A stretch of 64,000 bases of DNA from Octopus bimaculoides (lineage: Eukaryota), in the NCBI RefSeq assembly GCF_001194135.2, contig NC_068983.1:99811011-99875010 (forward strand), given 5' to 3'. Positions within the stretch are counted from its first letter, which is position 1. Every line of letters begins with the position of its first letter. The notes beneath the pieces are model-generated. The model was given only the letters and a program-made list of their open reading frames with translations, made no database searches and was not told where the DNA came from. The position numbers and the translations under genes were made by a program. Below are positions 36,650-48,959 of the stretch, in pieces.

Positions 36650-37960
36650 TTTGTGCATTACACAATTTGCACCGTATCTTGCTTGCCAATCTGCTTTTTT
36701 ACCACTCCTCAGCCGTAATGATTCTGTAAGCAGTAATCCCAATGGAAGAGCTATGTTTTCTGCTGACTTTCCTTCACTATTCCCCTGTTCTCACCATCTA
36801 CACATGTATCAAATACAAAAATACCTTCAGTTACTTCAGATCAACAACACCACTAACTCTGATGATATACCTTTAATTATCCTCAAACAGTACCTCAGTG
36901 CTAGCTTCTATCCATTTTCTCTCCATACAGAAATCTATTTTAATCTTTAAAAGCATGCTACAATGTATCCATCTCCAAGTAAGCAACCTTTCTGATCACA
37001 TGAACTATCAACTTATAACTCTCTCAGCATCTTGGGAGTAAGGAAAATGGTTTTTAAAAATCATCTCAGTGACCACCAGTATAAATTCTGTAGAGCCAAA
37101 CATACTGGGGATTGACTCTCCTGTGTCAATCACCAGTAGTCCCTGGCCCTTGAGAAATTCAACAACAGCAAGACATCTGATATTGGCATAAAAATTTGAT
37201 TGAACATCCTCTCTATGGATTTTATCGGACCATTTTTTATTTGCTCAAAAGTGTCTTGTCAAATCACACCATTGCACACTGACGTGTCTCAGGGCGAGGT
37301 TATGTTGCCGCACACCCTTCCTGTACATTAATGACCTGTTTAACATCACCCCTAACTAACCTATACAAATTAAGTACCCTTCACTCCTTGTAAACTTTTT
37401 GCACATGGGCATCATTCATATGCATCCAAGACCTGCATGTACCTTGTTCAGCTTGCCTGTTTTCATGTGCAAAATTCTCAAAAACATTAAGCTTGTTTAC
37501 TTCAACAGTACAGATACTACATATATTAAAGAAACAATTTTCTACCTCAGCTTCCTAGTTTAGGACAACATGCAATTAAGATTCTCAGAGATCTGGTAAA
37601 ATAATAGCTTTCCTCCTAAGAGCTAGAAAATACTTCATCCTTGGATAGCTATCAGCTCTATACTCAAGAGAGACCTGCTAGGGAATACTACTCTTACATC
37701 TGGAATGAAGCAACTGTTATGAAAAAAAGCCATTGAGCTGATTAGCAAAGACTCACCAACATACTACAATTGACATTAGCATGAAAATATGATTAAACTT
37801 CCCTGTCTATAGGCTTTATCTGACCATTTTTTATTTGCTCAACAGTGTCTTGTCAAATCACGCCATTGCACAGGGATCTGTCTAACCTACACTCTGTCCA
37901 CACTGATTTGTCTCAGGGTTTGGTTATGTTGTCCCATACTCTTCCTGTACATTAATGACC
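36650..37960 (+). mobile_element. Degenerate CR1/L2-like LINE RT region with a duplicated RT segment
   Basis: Broken translations include NSDDIPLIILKQ, HLSDHQYKFCRAKHTGD and VSQG..LPHTLFLYINDL (GVPQGSVLSP..LFxxYINDL-like). The last segment occurs twice (~37215-37340 and ~37805-37960). Confidence 0.65.
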
Positions 37961-38694
37961 TACACTGGTTTCCTCTCTGCCTATTTTGTCACTATTAATC
38001 TCTATTCCTCAGGGCTGACTATCTATATACCTCTTCCACAAAGGTTTACCTTATACATCTATCTCTCTTCTTGTTATTCTGTATCTTTCCACACTAATAT
38101 GTCCATTCCATCCTTAGAATCTCACTCTCCTGGAATTCTATTCCTACACATTTTTCTTGCATACTTTGATTTGCAGCACTTGAGGCTGAATACTGACCAC
38201 ATCAACCTGACAACAGTTAGAACATTTGAGCCAGAGACATAGTCCACTTCTGATTAACACCATAAAAACAAATAGAAAAAGCCAGAACTTAATGTTCTAT
38301 TTTCCATTATATGCACTTTGTTTAAAAGTAAACTCCTATTCTCACTGAATTGTTTAATCTTTTTCTACAGGGGTCATTCCTAAGAAAGGGAACATCTCCA
38401 AAACTGCCTTGCACTTCTTCCAACATTTAAAGATGATTGAAACAGTTGTAAAGATCCATCTCTTTCATGACTTTAAGTATGTCTCCCTCTTCAGTAGACA
38501 CCAGTACAGTTTTTCTTTAGTAAAATCTACCTGAGACTTGCTTTCTCATCTTACACACCAGTAAAATATGACTAAAAGCTATGTTGTTCTTGACATCAGA
38601 AAATCCTTTAACTTTGGATTGTGAAATTTTCAGATGTGATCACCATCTGTCTCATTTCTTTCATCAGAATTTTCTACCTATCTACTGTATTACA

Positions 38695-39051
38695 CAGTGG
38701 AGGCGCAATGGCCCAGTGATTAGGGCAGCGGACTCGCGGTCATAGGATCATGGTTTCGATTCCCAGACCAGGCGTTGTGAGTGTTTATTGAGCAAAAACA
38801 CCTAAAGCTCCACGAGGCTCCAGCAGGGGATTGTGGCGAACCCTGCTGTACTCTTTCACCACAACTTTCTCTCACTCTTACTGCCTGTAATTCAAAGGGT
38901 CAGCCTTGTCACACTGTGTCATGCTGAATATCCCCGAAAACTACATTAAGGGTACACATGTCTGTGGAGTGCTCAGCCACTTGCACATTAATTTCACGAG
39001 CAGGCTGTTCTGTTGATCGGATCAACTGGAACCCTCGACGGAGTGCCAACA
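38695..39051 (+). mobile_element. tRNA-derived SINE family A, full length with TSD
   Basis: A and B boxes in the head, and an 11 bp TSD ACTGTATTACA at 38684-38694 and 39052-39062. Confidence 0.92.
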
Positions 39052-40377
39052 ACTGTATTACAGTATGCACTGACACAGCTTTTGTGAAACACATTGATGT
39101 AATCCAAAGTTTGCTTATGTATCCTACATACATTAATTGCCTCCTGTTAACTGCTAACCATATACACTCGTTGACAGATGTATCACTCTTTGAAGAATTA
39201 GACTTTTTTGTTATATTTTCTTTAATGAACTGGAATACCTATGATTCGAATTTCATCAAAATTGCAGATGAGGGTTCTTTCCCTCTTTAAACACCCTAAA
39301 AAAATTCTAATCATGACACATGTATCCCATACTACTGATCTTTATGTGCAGATTCCAAAATTCCAGTCTTATGGAACCTGTTAAAAGGATTTTGCTCCTG
39401 TAAAATGGAGGTCATGGATCTGGAAAATGTGGGAGTTAAGGCCCCTATTGGGGGTGGGTGTCTTAATGTCAACCAGAGAAGTTGAATTGTTGAGAATCTT
39501 TTTAACTTGGGTCTTATATCTATTGTTCGAATTTCTTTGAAATAGGAAATATATGTATGTTCACTGGGTTTGTAAAAGAGCAAAGCTACAGGAAACCAAA
39601 AGATGGATGATCACAGTAAGTAGTCAGTTACCCTACCCTAGTCATTACTACTCCCCAATGTAGGATTCCTCACCATACAGGTGACAGGCACAGCCATAAG
39701 ATGCATTACAGATCTATAGCAACTGGAAGGGTGTGACCCAACTGAAATAAACATTAACAACTGTGTGACGTTAAGGCTAAGGGGAAATGAAAGTGTCACT
39801 TCTGGAGTTTGCAAATGACCACTTTACTGATAGGTAACTGGACAGAATAAATTTACAATCTATAAATGTCTTTGAATAACCAGTCACTCATCTGGGAAGG
39901 CCTTGAAATCAATGTTACCATCCAGGGACTGTGTGTGACCCAGTGATAATAAAAAGACTCAAAGGAGGTCTGCAACCAAATAACTTTACTCAACACTTTG
40001 CAACTAAATCAGTAGAAGCAAAGATGCCTCTCATTTACTTGATAATTTATGCACCAGGTCTTGCATTCAAAGGATGGTTCCCTGAAGAGAAAATTACATT
40101 TATAAAAATATCTTTTATTCTTTTGGAATAGAGTGCATGTAATTTTCGAAACATGTGTCGGAAGTAAAGGAACTTATTTAATATATGCGTTTTGCTCCAT
40201 TTATTCTTTATTATATCAACTCAAAATACATCATTTTAACATGGAATTTCTACCTCTTAACTAGGTATAATATCCCAGTTTCTTTGTGAATTTTGCTACC
40301 CTGGTAACTATTAACATATTTACCTTATCAAAGTTAAAGATAATATAAATACATACATAAATATATGTATATATATA

Positions 40378-40535
40378 TACGATTGATTTCTTTCAGTTTC
40401 TGTTTACAAAATCCACTCACAAGGCTTTGATTGGTCTGAGGCTATAGCAGAAGACAAATGCTAAGTCACCACACAGTGGGACTGAGCCCAGGATCATGTG
40501 TTTTGGAACCAAGTTTCTTGCCACACCTGCACCTA
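40378..40535 (-). mobile_element. SINE family B, head portion
   Basis: TTCTTTCAGTTTCTGTTTACAAAATCCACTCACAAGGCTTTG...GGGACTGAGCCC. Confidence 0.8.
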
Positions 40536-40757
40536 TGTATGGGTGTATATATGTGTACATATTACATGTACATCTATATATATATATACATACATGTCTA
40601 CATATATATATATATATATATACATACATGTCTACATATACATCTATATATATATATACATCTATACATATACATCTATACATAAGCAGCTATACATATA
40701 CATGTATATATATATATAATATATATCATATATATGTATGTATGCCTGTATATATGT

Positions 40758-41035
40758 GAGATAATAGTTTCAGTAATAAAGTGAAAATATCTGACATTAC
40801 AATAGAGATGTTATTGTTTCACTTTTGACACTTAATACTGAAATAGTGAAGGATATATGATATTGCTCTGGGCTCGCACTAGGCAAGAAGTTATACTTTT
40901 TTTGGCCTATGACACTACATGGACCCTAAGTAAGGCATGTGTAAAATTTGAATGAAATTGGTTGTGTAGTTCTCAAGTTTTAGGGATTCACACAGACAGA
41001 CACATTCTCATCTTTATATATATATATATATATAG
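40758..41035 (-). mobile_element. Non-autonomous Helitron fragment (10087 family)
   Basis: GACCCTAAGTAAGGCATGTGTAAAATTTGAATGAAATTGG...CACAGACAGACACATTCTCATCTTTATATATAT, flanked by TA/CA microsatellite. Confidence 0.8.
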
Positions 41036-41049
41036 GTACAATTATTACA

Positions 41050-41450
41050 GCAAAGAAATACTTGTACTTCAGTAGTTTCCCTACATATCAACACACAACT
41101 AAACCTTCAAAGTCCCCAAACATGCAAGGCCTCATAATTCTTGATGATTTCACACATTTTAACATTACCAAGATGAAGCTGCTTCTTGAGGACCTTAAAA
41201 AAATTACTCTGTTCTGATCAATTACTGGTTGTCTTCAAAGCTCGGGTGTAACCTACATTAGAATACTTCTCACATCTATGGGACTACTGTACTACATTCC
41301 CTAATATCCAGACAATTTACAACATGCTTCATCTACTAACTCACATATTTCCTTTCTCTGCTACTACAATGGTCTTTGTTCCTCCAAACAAGCAAGCTGC
41401 ATACTACTTGGCTCTATCCACATGATGCATTTGTCTCTCAACTTACAAGT
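41050..41450 (+). mobile_element. CR1-like LINE C-terminal fragment
   Basis: LLVVFKARV*PTLEYFSHLWD, resembling the LYKxxIRPxLEYCSxxW motif. Confidence 0.5.
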
Positions 41451-42299
41451 ATTAATCATGTTTTAGTCATTCTTTCACAAAAAAGCAAGCCTCTGGGATA
41501 TCCTCCATATCTGTTTTCCTACAAAATTTCCAACTGAATGCCTGTCTTATCAGTCTACAAAGGTCATGGGTGCTGCCTCTCCTATCTGGATTCAGTAATC
41601 ATTTAAAAATGTTTCCTAATCTTTGCCAAGTGGTACATTCCTCACCTAGGAGAGATCTGGTTGTAAAGTCCATCTTGTTTTCTTTTCTGTTAAGTACAAT
41701 ATCTGTCATGCCCAACTAAATAATATATGGCTATCTTGATTAGTGACTTCCAGAAGTTTATGTTGTATATAGTTAGATCATTTGCATTGCAAAACTCCAG
41801 AATCTTTTAAATCTGTTTTCATTTCTTGTATTGTATTCATGGCTTTCTTGAAAACTAGAGTATCAATCCTAGTTACGACCATTGAAATTGCCAGCTGTGA
41901 TGATTGTGATATTTCTGTCATTGATTTTGAAAGTAACTTTCACAATTTATTATTAATAAATTTCTTTTAACTGAGCGCATGGCCTATTTTGGTAGGTAAA
42001 AGTATATAATTGAGTGAATTGATTCAAATATATGAGACATTGTCAGAAAGTTTTTGGATTGTTCTTGCCATCATTATACTATTTAACAGAAACACTCATA
42101 CAGCTGTTGATCATTTGTGGCCAGTCTTCGAGTAGGCTTTGTGTTGTCTACTAATGTTGTTATTATGTGAAGTTTTGTTGTAATGTTGTGTTCTGTGGTT
42201 TTTACAATGACTGAACATTTTGAACAACATGGTTTACTTCAAATATTGTCTGAAACTTGGTAAATCTACCAAGATCTTGAAATATTTGGTATATATTAA

Positions 42300-42535
42300 G
42301 ATGAATACATGGCACATGTTTCAAGGTTGGTCAGGTGTTGGTTCAAGATGATGCATGCTCAGAGTGACAATTCACTTGCAAGACACTAGAAAATGTAGAA
42401 AAATATGCATGAAGACTCTCACCAAACAAATGCCAACATCTCTCACATGATTGAAATCAGTTATGGAGTTTGTCAGGCTATTCTTGTGGAAAACCTGAAT
42501 ATGTGTCACATTGCTGTGTGGTATGCCTGCTGGCT
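42300..42535 (+). mobile_element. Mariner transposase remnant (N-terminal HTH)
   Basis: VQDD...ENVEK...HEDSHQT..ISHMIEISYGVCQAILVENLNM, a mariner helix-turn-helix pattern. Confidence 0.65.
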
Positions 42536-44685
42536 CTTGTGTCTAACCTATACCCTTGTGATTTTTGCCTTTTCTCAAAATGAAATCGACACTGAAGAGT
42601 GCACTACTTAAAGATGATGGATGAAATTCAAGAGAATTTGCAGTTGGACTGCCTTCTGCACTGGGATCCCTTTATTTCCAAGAGGGCTATTTTCAAGGGT
42701 TTATTGTCTAAATACATATACACGAAATACAGACTTACTGTGGTGTACCTTTTTTAGTCCTGGTCTTGTAACTTTTGATATTTGTCTTTTCTCTCAGTGT
42801 ATTCATGTATATCTACAATGCAGTATCTCATCAGGCATCTTGACCCTGTGCCATCTCATCTCTGATGTGTAACATTTTCAGATCAAATCTGTTTCCATAT
42901 TTCTTTTAATCTACCTCTGTCATTTGTACTTCTTATCACCAACTTTCAGAATTATTCAGCCAGGATATCACATGTCCAAACCAGTGCTGTTGTTTCTATT
43001 GCTGATGTCTTTAATAGTTAAACACCTTCTTCATGACATAAATTTGCCCTTTCTTTGACTCTGCACATCCAGTGTATTGTTATATCCCATAAGTTTATCT
43101 TTAATCATTATAAGTACTCAATATTCATTACCTATGTTTCATTGTTGTATAGCATCACATTTTACATATAATTCTTATAGTTTTCTCTTTTGTTTGGAAA
43201 GATACTCTTTGGCTTTTCTATATAGGTATTTACAAAATGTCTCCCATCTCTTGTGGACATAGCCATTATGTTATCACTCAAAATCACTGCAGAACTAAAT
43301 TACATCACCTACACAGCAAAGCTTTCCTCTACTAGTAGTGAACATTCACAATTGTTTATGCTGTTCATACTTTCCTAGTGCATTCTCCAGTCAACCTGTT
43401 AGAGATCCCTATACACTTTTTTCGTGGTATTGATTTTTGTTGTCCTTTTACTAACTACTATCTAGTCAAATTACTATATTTCTCCATTCCAAGTACTAAA
43501 TGTTTTATGCAATTCTTGGATTGGTACTACCATGGGAACAACAAATATCCTGTTTTAATCTCATTCATGATGGCCTCAAATTCAAAACAAGACAGCTAAC
43601 AATGATGTGAATTTGTACACTAAATTTACCATTGACCTTACTCTTGATTGTAATATCTTTTTACTTAACCTATCTCTCATAAACAATTATTCATCTCTTA
43701 ATTTTTCATTTCCTACCAAATACAGATCCTGTTCTTGCTATTTTTTCTCTGGAAAAATAGTATCTGTTGTTACATCCTAGTACAAACCCACACTATATTG
43801 TATCCGTCTTTGCTATTTTATTGATTCCATCCAAGATAAGCTGCTAGGTCCCTCCAATCAAAATGAATTACCACTAAAGCTTTATTCCTATTACAACTCT
43901 TTCTATTTCCTTGATAATTTGATCCATTAAAGTGTTGTACTTATAAATTCTCTCTTCCTTGGTACATCTTCAGTACATATGTGTAAGAGTTGGCAATAGT
44001 TTTGCTGTGATAGTTGTTAAGGATATCAGGTTCCTTCACAATCAAAGTATTTTAAGAACTAAATACTTTAAAAAGTATTACACTGACTCTTCCTGCTGCT
44101 TTTAACATCTATTATATTTCTATACACTAACATGAAAACACTAATCAAAGTTAAATTGTGAATACCAGTGAGCTGAAATATATTAGTTGATATGCTAAGT
44201 TTTGAGGGTTTCACAATAAATAAAGAGTCAGACAATAAATTCTGTAGCAATAGAAAAAAAAATGTAATAACTATTTGTGGTATTGATATGTAGTATAACC
44301 ACATCCCAGAGAGTCAATAACTTAGGCCATAAATCTCTGAATCCAGATTGGCAACCATTAAGAGATTTATAAAACTATATTGATCAAGTGATTTTGCAAA
44401 CAAAAAAGTATCTGTTCAATAAGGTTTGGACCGGTTTTGATTGGAACATTACATTTATTCAACAAGCAATAAAGGAGGTCAACAAAATGTTTTGTTCTGA
44501 TCATAGATTTTACAAAATTCACTTTTCTAAGAGAACTCTTGATACTGATTCTGAGTCTGACTTAAGTTTGTTTTTTTTTACCTCACCACATCCCATTTTT
44601 AGATACAAGCATTTTTAGGTAACATAATAAGGACCATATATATAAATAAAATATACATACCTACACAAACACATAAATATATATA

Positions 44686-45234
44686 TAGTAAGATAAACAG
44701 GATAATGTTGTTAGTAGGAGAGATTAGGAAAGACAAAGAAGATAAAAGATAAAGGCAGTAATATACAAGAAAATATGTTTTCTATAATAGGTTTTTGGAT
44801 ATAAAAGTAGGTAGATAGATTGACAGATAAATAGCTTACCCTACAAAAGACATGTAACCTAGAATGAGTCTTGTTGCTGGGTGTTATAGTTTATTTTGTT
44901 GTGAGCGCTTTCGAATCAAAGATTCTTTAGACTTTTTTTTATTTCCTTAATTTCTTTAATGTTAGTTTGTACTGATTAATACGCTTGGAAGCAGTAAATG
45001 TGTTTCCTAATGAAGTGTGCCTCTGTACTACTGAGGTTGACAGTATTCATCCCTACTCACAAGTATTCAGGTGGAAAAATTCCCTTTACAGTGTTGGCAG
45101 TATTGAAACATCTAACTGTCTACTTTTATATGCAAAAACCTATTATAGAAAACTTTATACTTTTTTGTACTTTACTGGCTTTTATTGTCTTTCCTAACCT
45201 CTCCTACTAACGGCATTATCCTGTTATCCTGCTA
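44686..45234. mobile_element. Candidate MITE, ~550 bp with ~130 bp imperfect TIRs
   Basis: ACAGGATAATGTTGTTAGTAGGAGAGATTAGGAAAGACAA...TTTTCTATAATAGGTTTTTG (~44697-44800) is mirrored at ~45111-45234. Confidence 0.7.
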
Positions 45235-45269
45235 CATTCTATCCATGTTTCCTGAGATATGTCAACACA

Positions 45270-45878
45270 TTTTATTTATGACCGAGACCTTTGGAAATAT
45301 GCTGTGCGTGAGAAGACCCAGCAAGCCAAGTGAGACCTAAATCCAAGGCCTCTGCCAGGGGTGTAGCCAGCCCACTTATGCGTACCTTTCCTTCATTGGA
45401 CACTAAACTCCGCTTGCGAAGACCTGTTGAGGCAAGTGAAATCGAAATCGAACTAAATTCAACGACTGGCACCCATGCCAATGTCGTCTCCTTCATTGGA
45501 CATATAACTCGGCTTGCAAAGACCTGTTGGGGCAAGCAAAAGCGAAATCAGGATGGCACCTGTGCCCAGCGTCACCTTCCTGGCACATGTAAAGACATTC
45601 GAGTGAGATCGTTGCCAGTGCCGCTGGACTGGCCATCGCGTCGGTGGCACGTAAAAGCACCCACTACACTCTCGGAGTGGTTGGTGTTAGGAAGGGCATC
45701 CAACTGTAGAAACTCTGCCAGNNNNNNNNNNAGTGGTTGGTGTTAGGAAGGGCATCCAACTGTAGAAACTCTGCCAGATCAGATTGGAGCCTGGTGCAGC
45801 CATCTGGTTCACCAGTCCTCAGTCAAATCGTCCAAGCCATGCTAGCATGGAAAGCGGACGTTAAACGACGATGATGAT
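45270..45878 (+). mobile_element. RTE 3' end: last codons, 3' UTR and tail
   Basis: DRDLWKYAVREKTQQAK* followed by a UTR with tandem units and a (GAT)n tail. Spans a short N gap. Confidence 0.85.
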
Positions 45879-45881
45879 ATA

Positions 45882-47355
45882 CATTGCATTTCAAATTATT
45901 AACGATGTAATATTTTTTTATCTTAATTAAAAACTACTTGTTGGAATTCAACGAAATTTCCACAGAAGGATGGCAACAGTTATATGTGTTTGGTGTGCAA
46001 AAAGTATGAGGTTTTGCACAAGTGTAAACGAACTGCAGCCATTTGCATGATTTCCACAAACTTTCAGTGCTCCAAATTATTAACAAGTGGTTTGATAATC
46101 GTGTAATTATGGGTTGTAAATGTGACTTAACTGCTTCAGAGAAATCTCTTATTACTTCTGAACTTGCAAAAGATAAATCAATATTAGAAATATCTAAAAT
46201 AATTGGAAGATATCACCAATCTGTGAAACATTTTGTTACAGCCCCTACAAAGATATGTAAGAGAGCTGACAAGGGTGAGTTGAGGGCTATTTCTCAATGT
46301 TCTCTGTCTCAATTTTAGCGTGAAGCTGTAAAGAAGCCAGGTCTAACAAGTAGAGAACTTTTCAAGTGCATTGGCGAAACAACTGTGTCCAGAACTAACC
46401 GATGTCTTCTGAAAAAGGCTGGTAACATCAGTTAAAAGGTCTCCTTTAAACAAAATACACATGCAAAATCATCTGAAATGGACAGAAGATAACATGAAGG
46501 TTGACTTTTCAAAGGTTTTGTTTATGGACAAAACTCGTGCTACCCTTGATGGACCTGATGGTTGAGCAAGGGATGGGTTGTAAATCAACAAGATCATCAC
46601 CAACAAGAGGGAGGAGGTATCATAGTTTGGGTAGGATTATTGGAGGTATCATGGTTGGTCCTTGGAAAGTGCCTGACTGTTAAAATGAACGCGGATGCTT
46701 ACATTACCTTTCTAAGGGTAGCACCTTGAACCTTGGTTAAAAATGCAAAGGATCACCTTCAAGACAACCATAATATTCATGCAAGATAATGCGTCTTCAC
46801 ACTCAGCGAAGAAAACTACAGAGTATCTGCAACAATTAGGTTTCTGTGAACCTTAGAAAATGAAGTGGCCTGCCTGTTCCCCAGATTTAAAAACAAAAGA
46901 AAATCTTGTGGAGTATTCTAAAAGAATGAGAATGGGCGCCAATTTAGGAGCGAGAATGAACTGTGGCAGGCAATAGTGGATGTATCACGTGGTATGACGT
47001 CAAAGGAGATCCAGAAATTAGCATGTTCCATGGACCTGTGCCTTTTCCAACTTATTTCAAACAAAGGCTCATATATCCCTTACTAACCAGCTCATCTATC
47101 ATTTTTTAACACTATATTTGTTTATTTCTATTTTTTGCACGTTGATGACTATATGTGTTCATTTCAGTATGTACATCACACAAATTGATACTTTCTTGTT
47201 TACATGAGTTTTAATAATTTGAAACAGTGAAAATTAACATAAATTTGGTAAATGGCCATAGTTTCTATGTTGTTTTACAAAACCTCACACCATGTGCATA
47301 TAACTGTTGCCATCATTCTATGAAAATTTAGTTGAATTCTAACAAGTGGTTTTTA
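45882..47355 (+). mobile_element. Tc1-like transposon with DD37E spacing (TRT-like), decayed, right TIR truncated
   Basis: Transposase remnant from ATG 46109 to TAA 47086: FSKVLFMDKTRATLDGPDGW, IFMQDNASSHS (D codon 46785), WPACSPDLKTKE (E codon 46899). 45928-46021 is inverted at ~47270-47355. Inner CAAATTATTAA direct repeats lie near 46073 and 47212. Confidence 0.85.
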
Positions 47356-47560
47356 GGTAGATGGCCCTGCTCAATCTGTAGAAAAGGCATAGGTAGAAAC
47401 TCATTAAGATGTACCCAGTGTAAGCTATGGACACATAAGAGGTGCAGCAATATCAAAGGAAGGCTAACTGGGAAGATAGCTTTTGTATGTGGCAAATGCT
47501 TGGGTGCTATAAACACTGAAAATGTGCAGAGAACAGATTCTGTCACATTCCAGACAGATA
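47355..47560 (+). mobile_element. RTE fragment encoding a PHD-like Cys/His finger
   Basis: GRWPCSICRKGIGRNSLRCTQCKLWTHKRCSNIKGRLTGKIAFVCGKC, a C4-H-C3 spacing. Confidence 0.75.
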
Positions 47561-47639
47561 GATAGATATTGACACAAAGCCACTTCCCTTGGTATTATTT
47601 CTACTCAAAGTTAAAGACTCCTTGTCTTACTAGTTACTT

Positions 47640-47825
47640 GGTGACCATGCTAGTGCTGGTGCCACATAAAAAGCAACTAGTACACTGTAAAATGGTTGGC
47701 ATCCAGCTGTAGAAACCCTGCCAAATCAGACAATAGACTTAGGCTCAGTACTCTGACTTGCCAGCTCCTTTCAAACCATCCCTCCATGCCAGCATGGAAA
47801 ATGGCTGTTAAATGATGATGATGAT
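47640..47825 (+). mobile_element. RTE 3' tail fragment
   Basis: GCCACATAAAAAGCA...CATCCAGCTGTAGAAACC...GTTAAATGATGATGATGATG. Confidence 0.7.
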
Positions 47826-48186
47826 GGATGTATATATGTAATGGAAGACCTCTGGCTGAATGCACAACTATAGCCAGAGTTAGGAATTGAAGGAGAGAGA
47901 TAGTGCATTTACCCGTGACCTCTAACTCTCAACCATGCCTTAATCAATTTAGGGATAAAGTACTTAGAGTATTAATTCACTTTTTAATGAGGAAATTAAA
48001 AAAAAAGGGTACTGAGATGTTACCATTAGCAAAAGTTAGATGAACAGAATGTTTATAATTAGTTGCTATGTCACACTTTCAATTTTACTGGTGATTGTAA
48101 TAATGACTTTGTTGATATTAATGGTCATGAAGCAAATTATGACTAATATTTTAACCATCTTTATAATTATATACTAAGATACTGGT

Positions 48187-48570
48187 ACAGGCATTGTGTA
48201 GTAAGAAGTTTGCTTTCCAACCACATGGTTCCAGGTTCAGTCCCACTGCATGGAACCATGGGAAAGTGTCTTCTATAATTCTGGACTGACCAAACGTTGT
48301 GAGTACATTTGGTAGATGGAAACTGAAAGAAACCTGTGTGTGTGTCTTCATCTTTTTGGTTTTCCCCCCACATTCACTCGACAACCAATGTTGGTTTGTT
48401 TACATCCCTCTAATTTAGTGGCTGAGCAGAAGATACCAATAAAATAAGTACCAGGCTTTAAAAAGAAAAACACAAGTACTGGAATTGATTTGTTTGACTA
48501 AACCCTTCAAGACGATGCCCCAGTATGGCCACAGTCTTATGACTGAAACAAGTGGAAGATAATTAAGATA
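48187..48570 (+). mobile_element. SINE family B, full length
   Basis: Head GGTTCCAGGTTCAGTCCC through tail GACTGAAACAAGTGGAAGAT. Confidence 0.8.
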
Positions 48571-48805
48571 AATATATTAAAAAAACAATGTGGCAATATT
48601 TCATCTAAGTTATAAATAAGTTATAAACATGTCTGTTGGCATTAAATAGACACTTATTTTGTTTTTCATTCTGAACAAAATCTATTGCTACTATTTACAT
48701 AATACAAAATATTGCTTTTTCAAAAAACTGCCTACCATAACATCAATTCACTCTGGGGTGACTTTTTCAAATTTATCAAAATTCATTATAAAATGCTGAC
48801 AATTC

Positions 48806-48959
48806 AAATGATCATATTTTGTGCAATGAGGAAATTTGGAATTCAAGGAAACTGGTAAAGGTCTGTGTCAGCATACATATTGTTGATATGTATTTTATCA
48901 GACTTTTATCAGTTTCCTTTGCATTCCAAATTTCCTCATCATACAAAATATGACCATTT
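48806..48959. repeat. Hairpin with ~60 bp arms (short MITE-like)
   Basis: AAATGATCATATTTTGTGCAATGAGGAAATTTGGAATTCAAGGAAACTGGTAAAGGTCTG (48806-48865) pairs with 48899-48959 around a 33 bp loop. Confidence 0.75.

Noticed and set aside
45676-45780. Apparent tandem duplication in the RTE tail
   Set aside because: The identical copies sit either side of a short N gap (45722-45730), a typical unmerged contig overlap.
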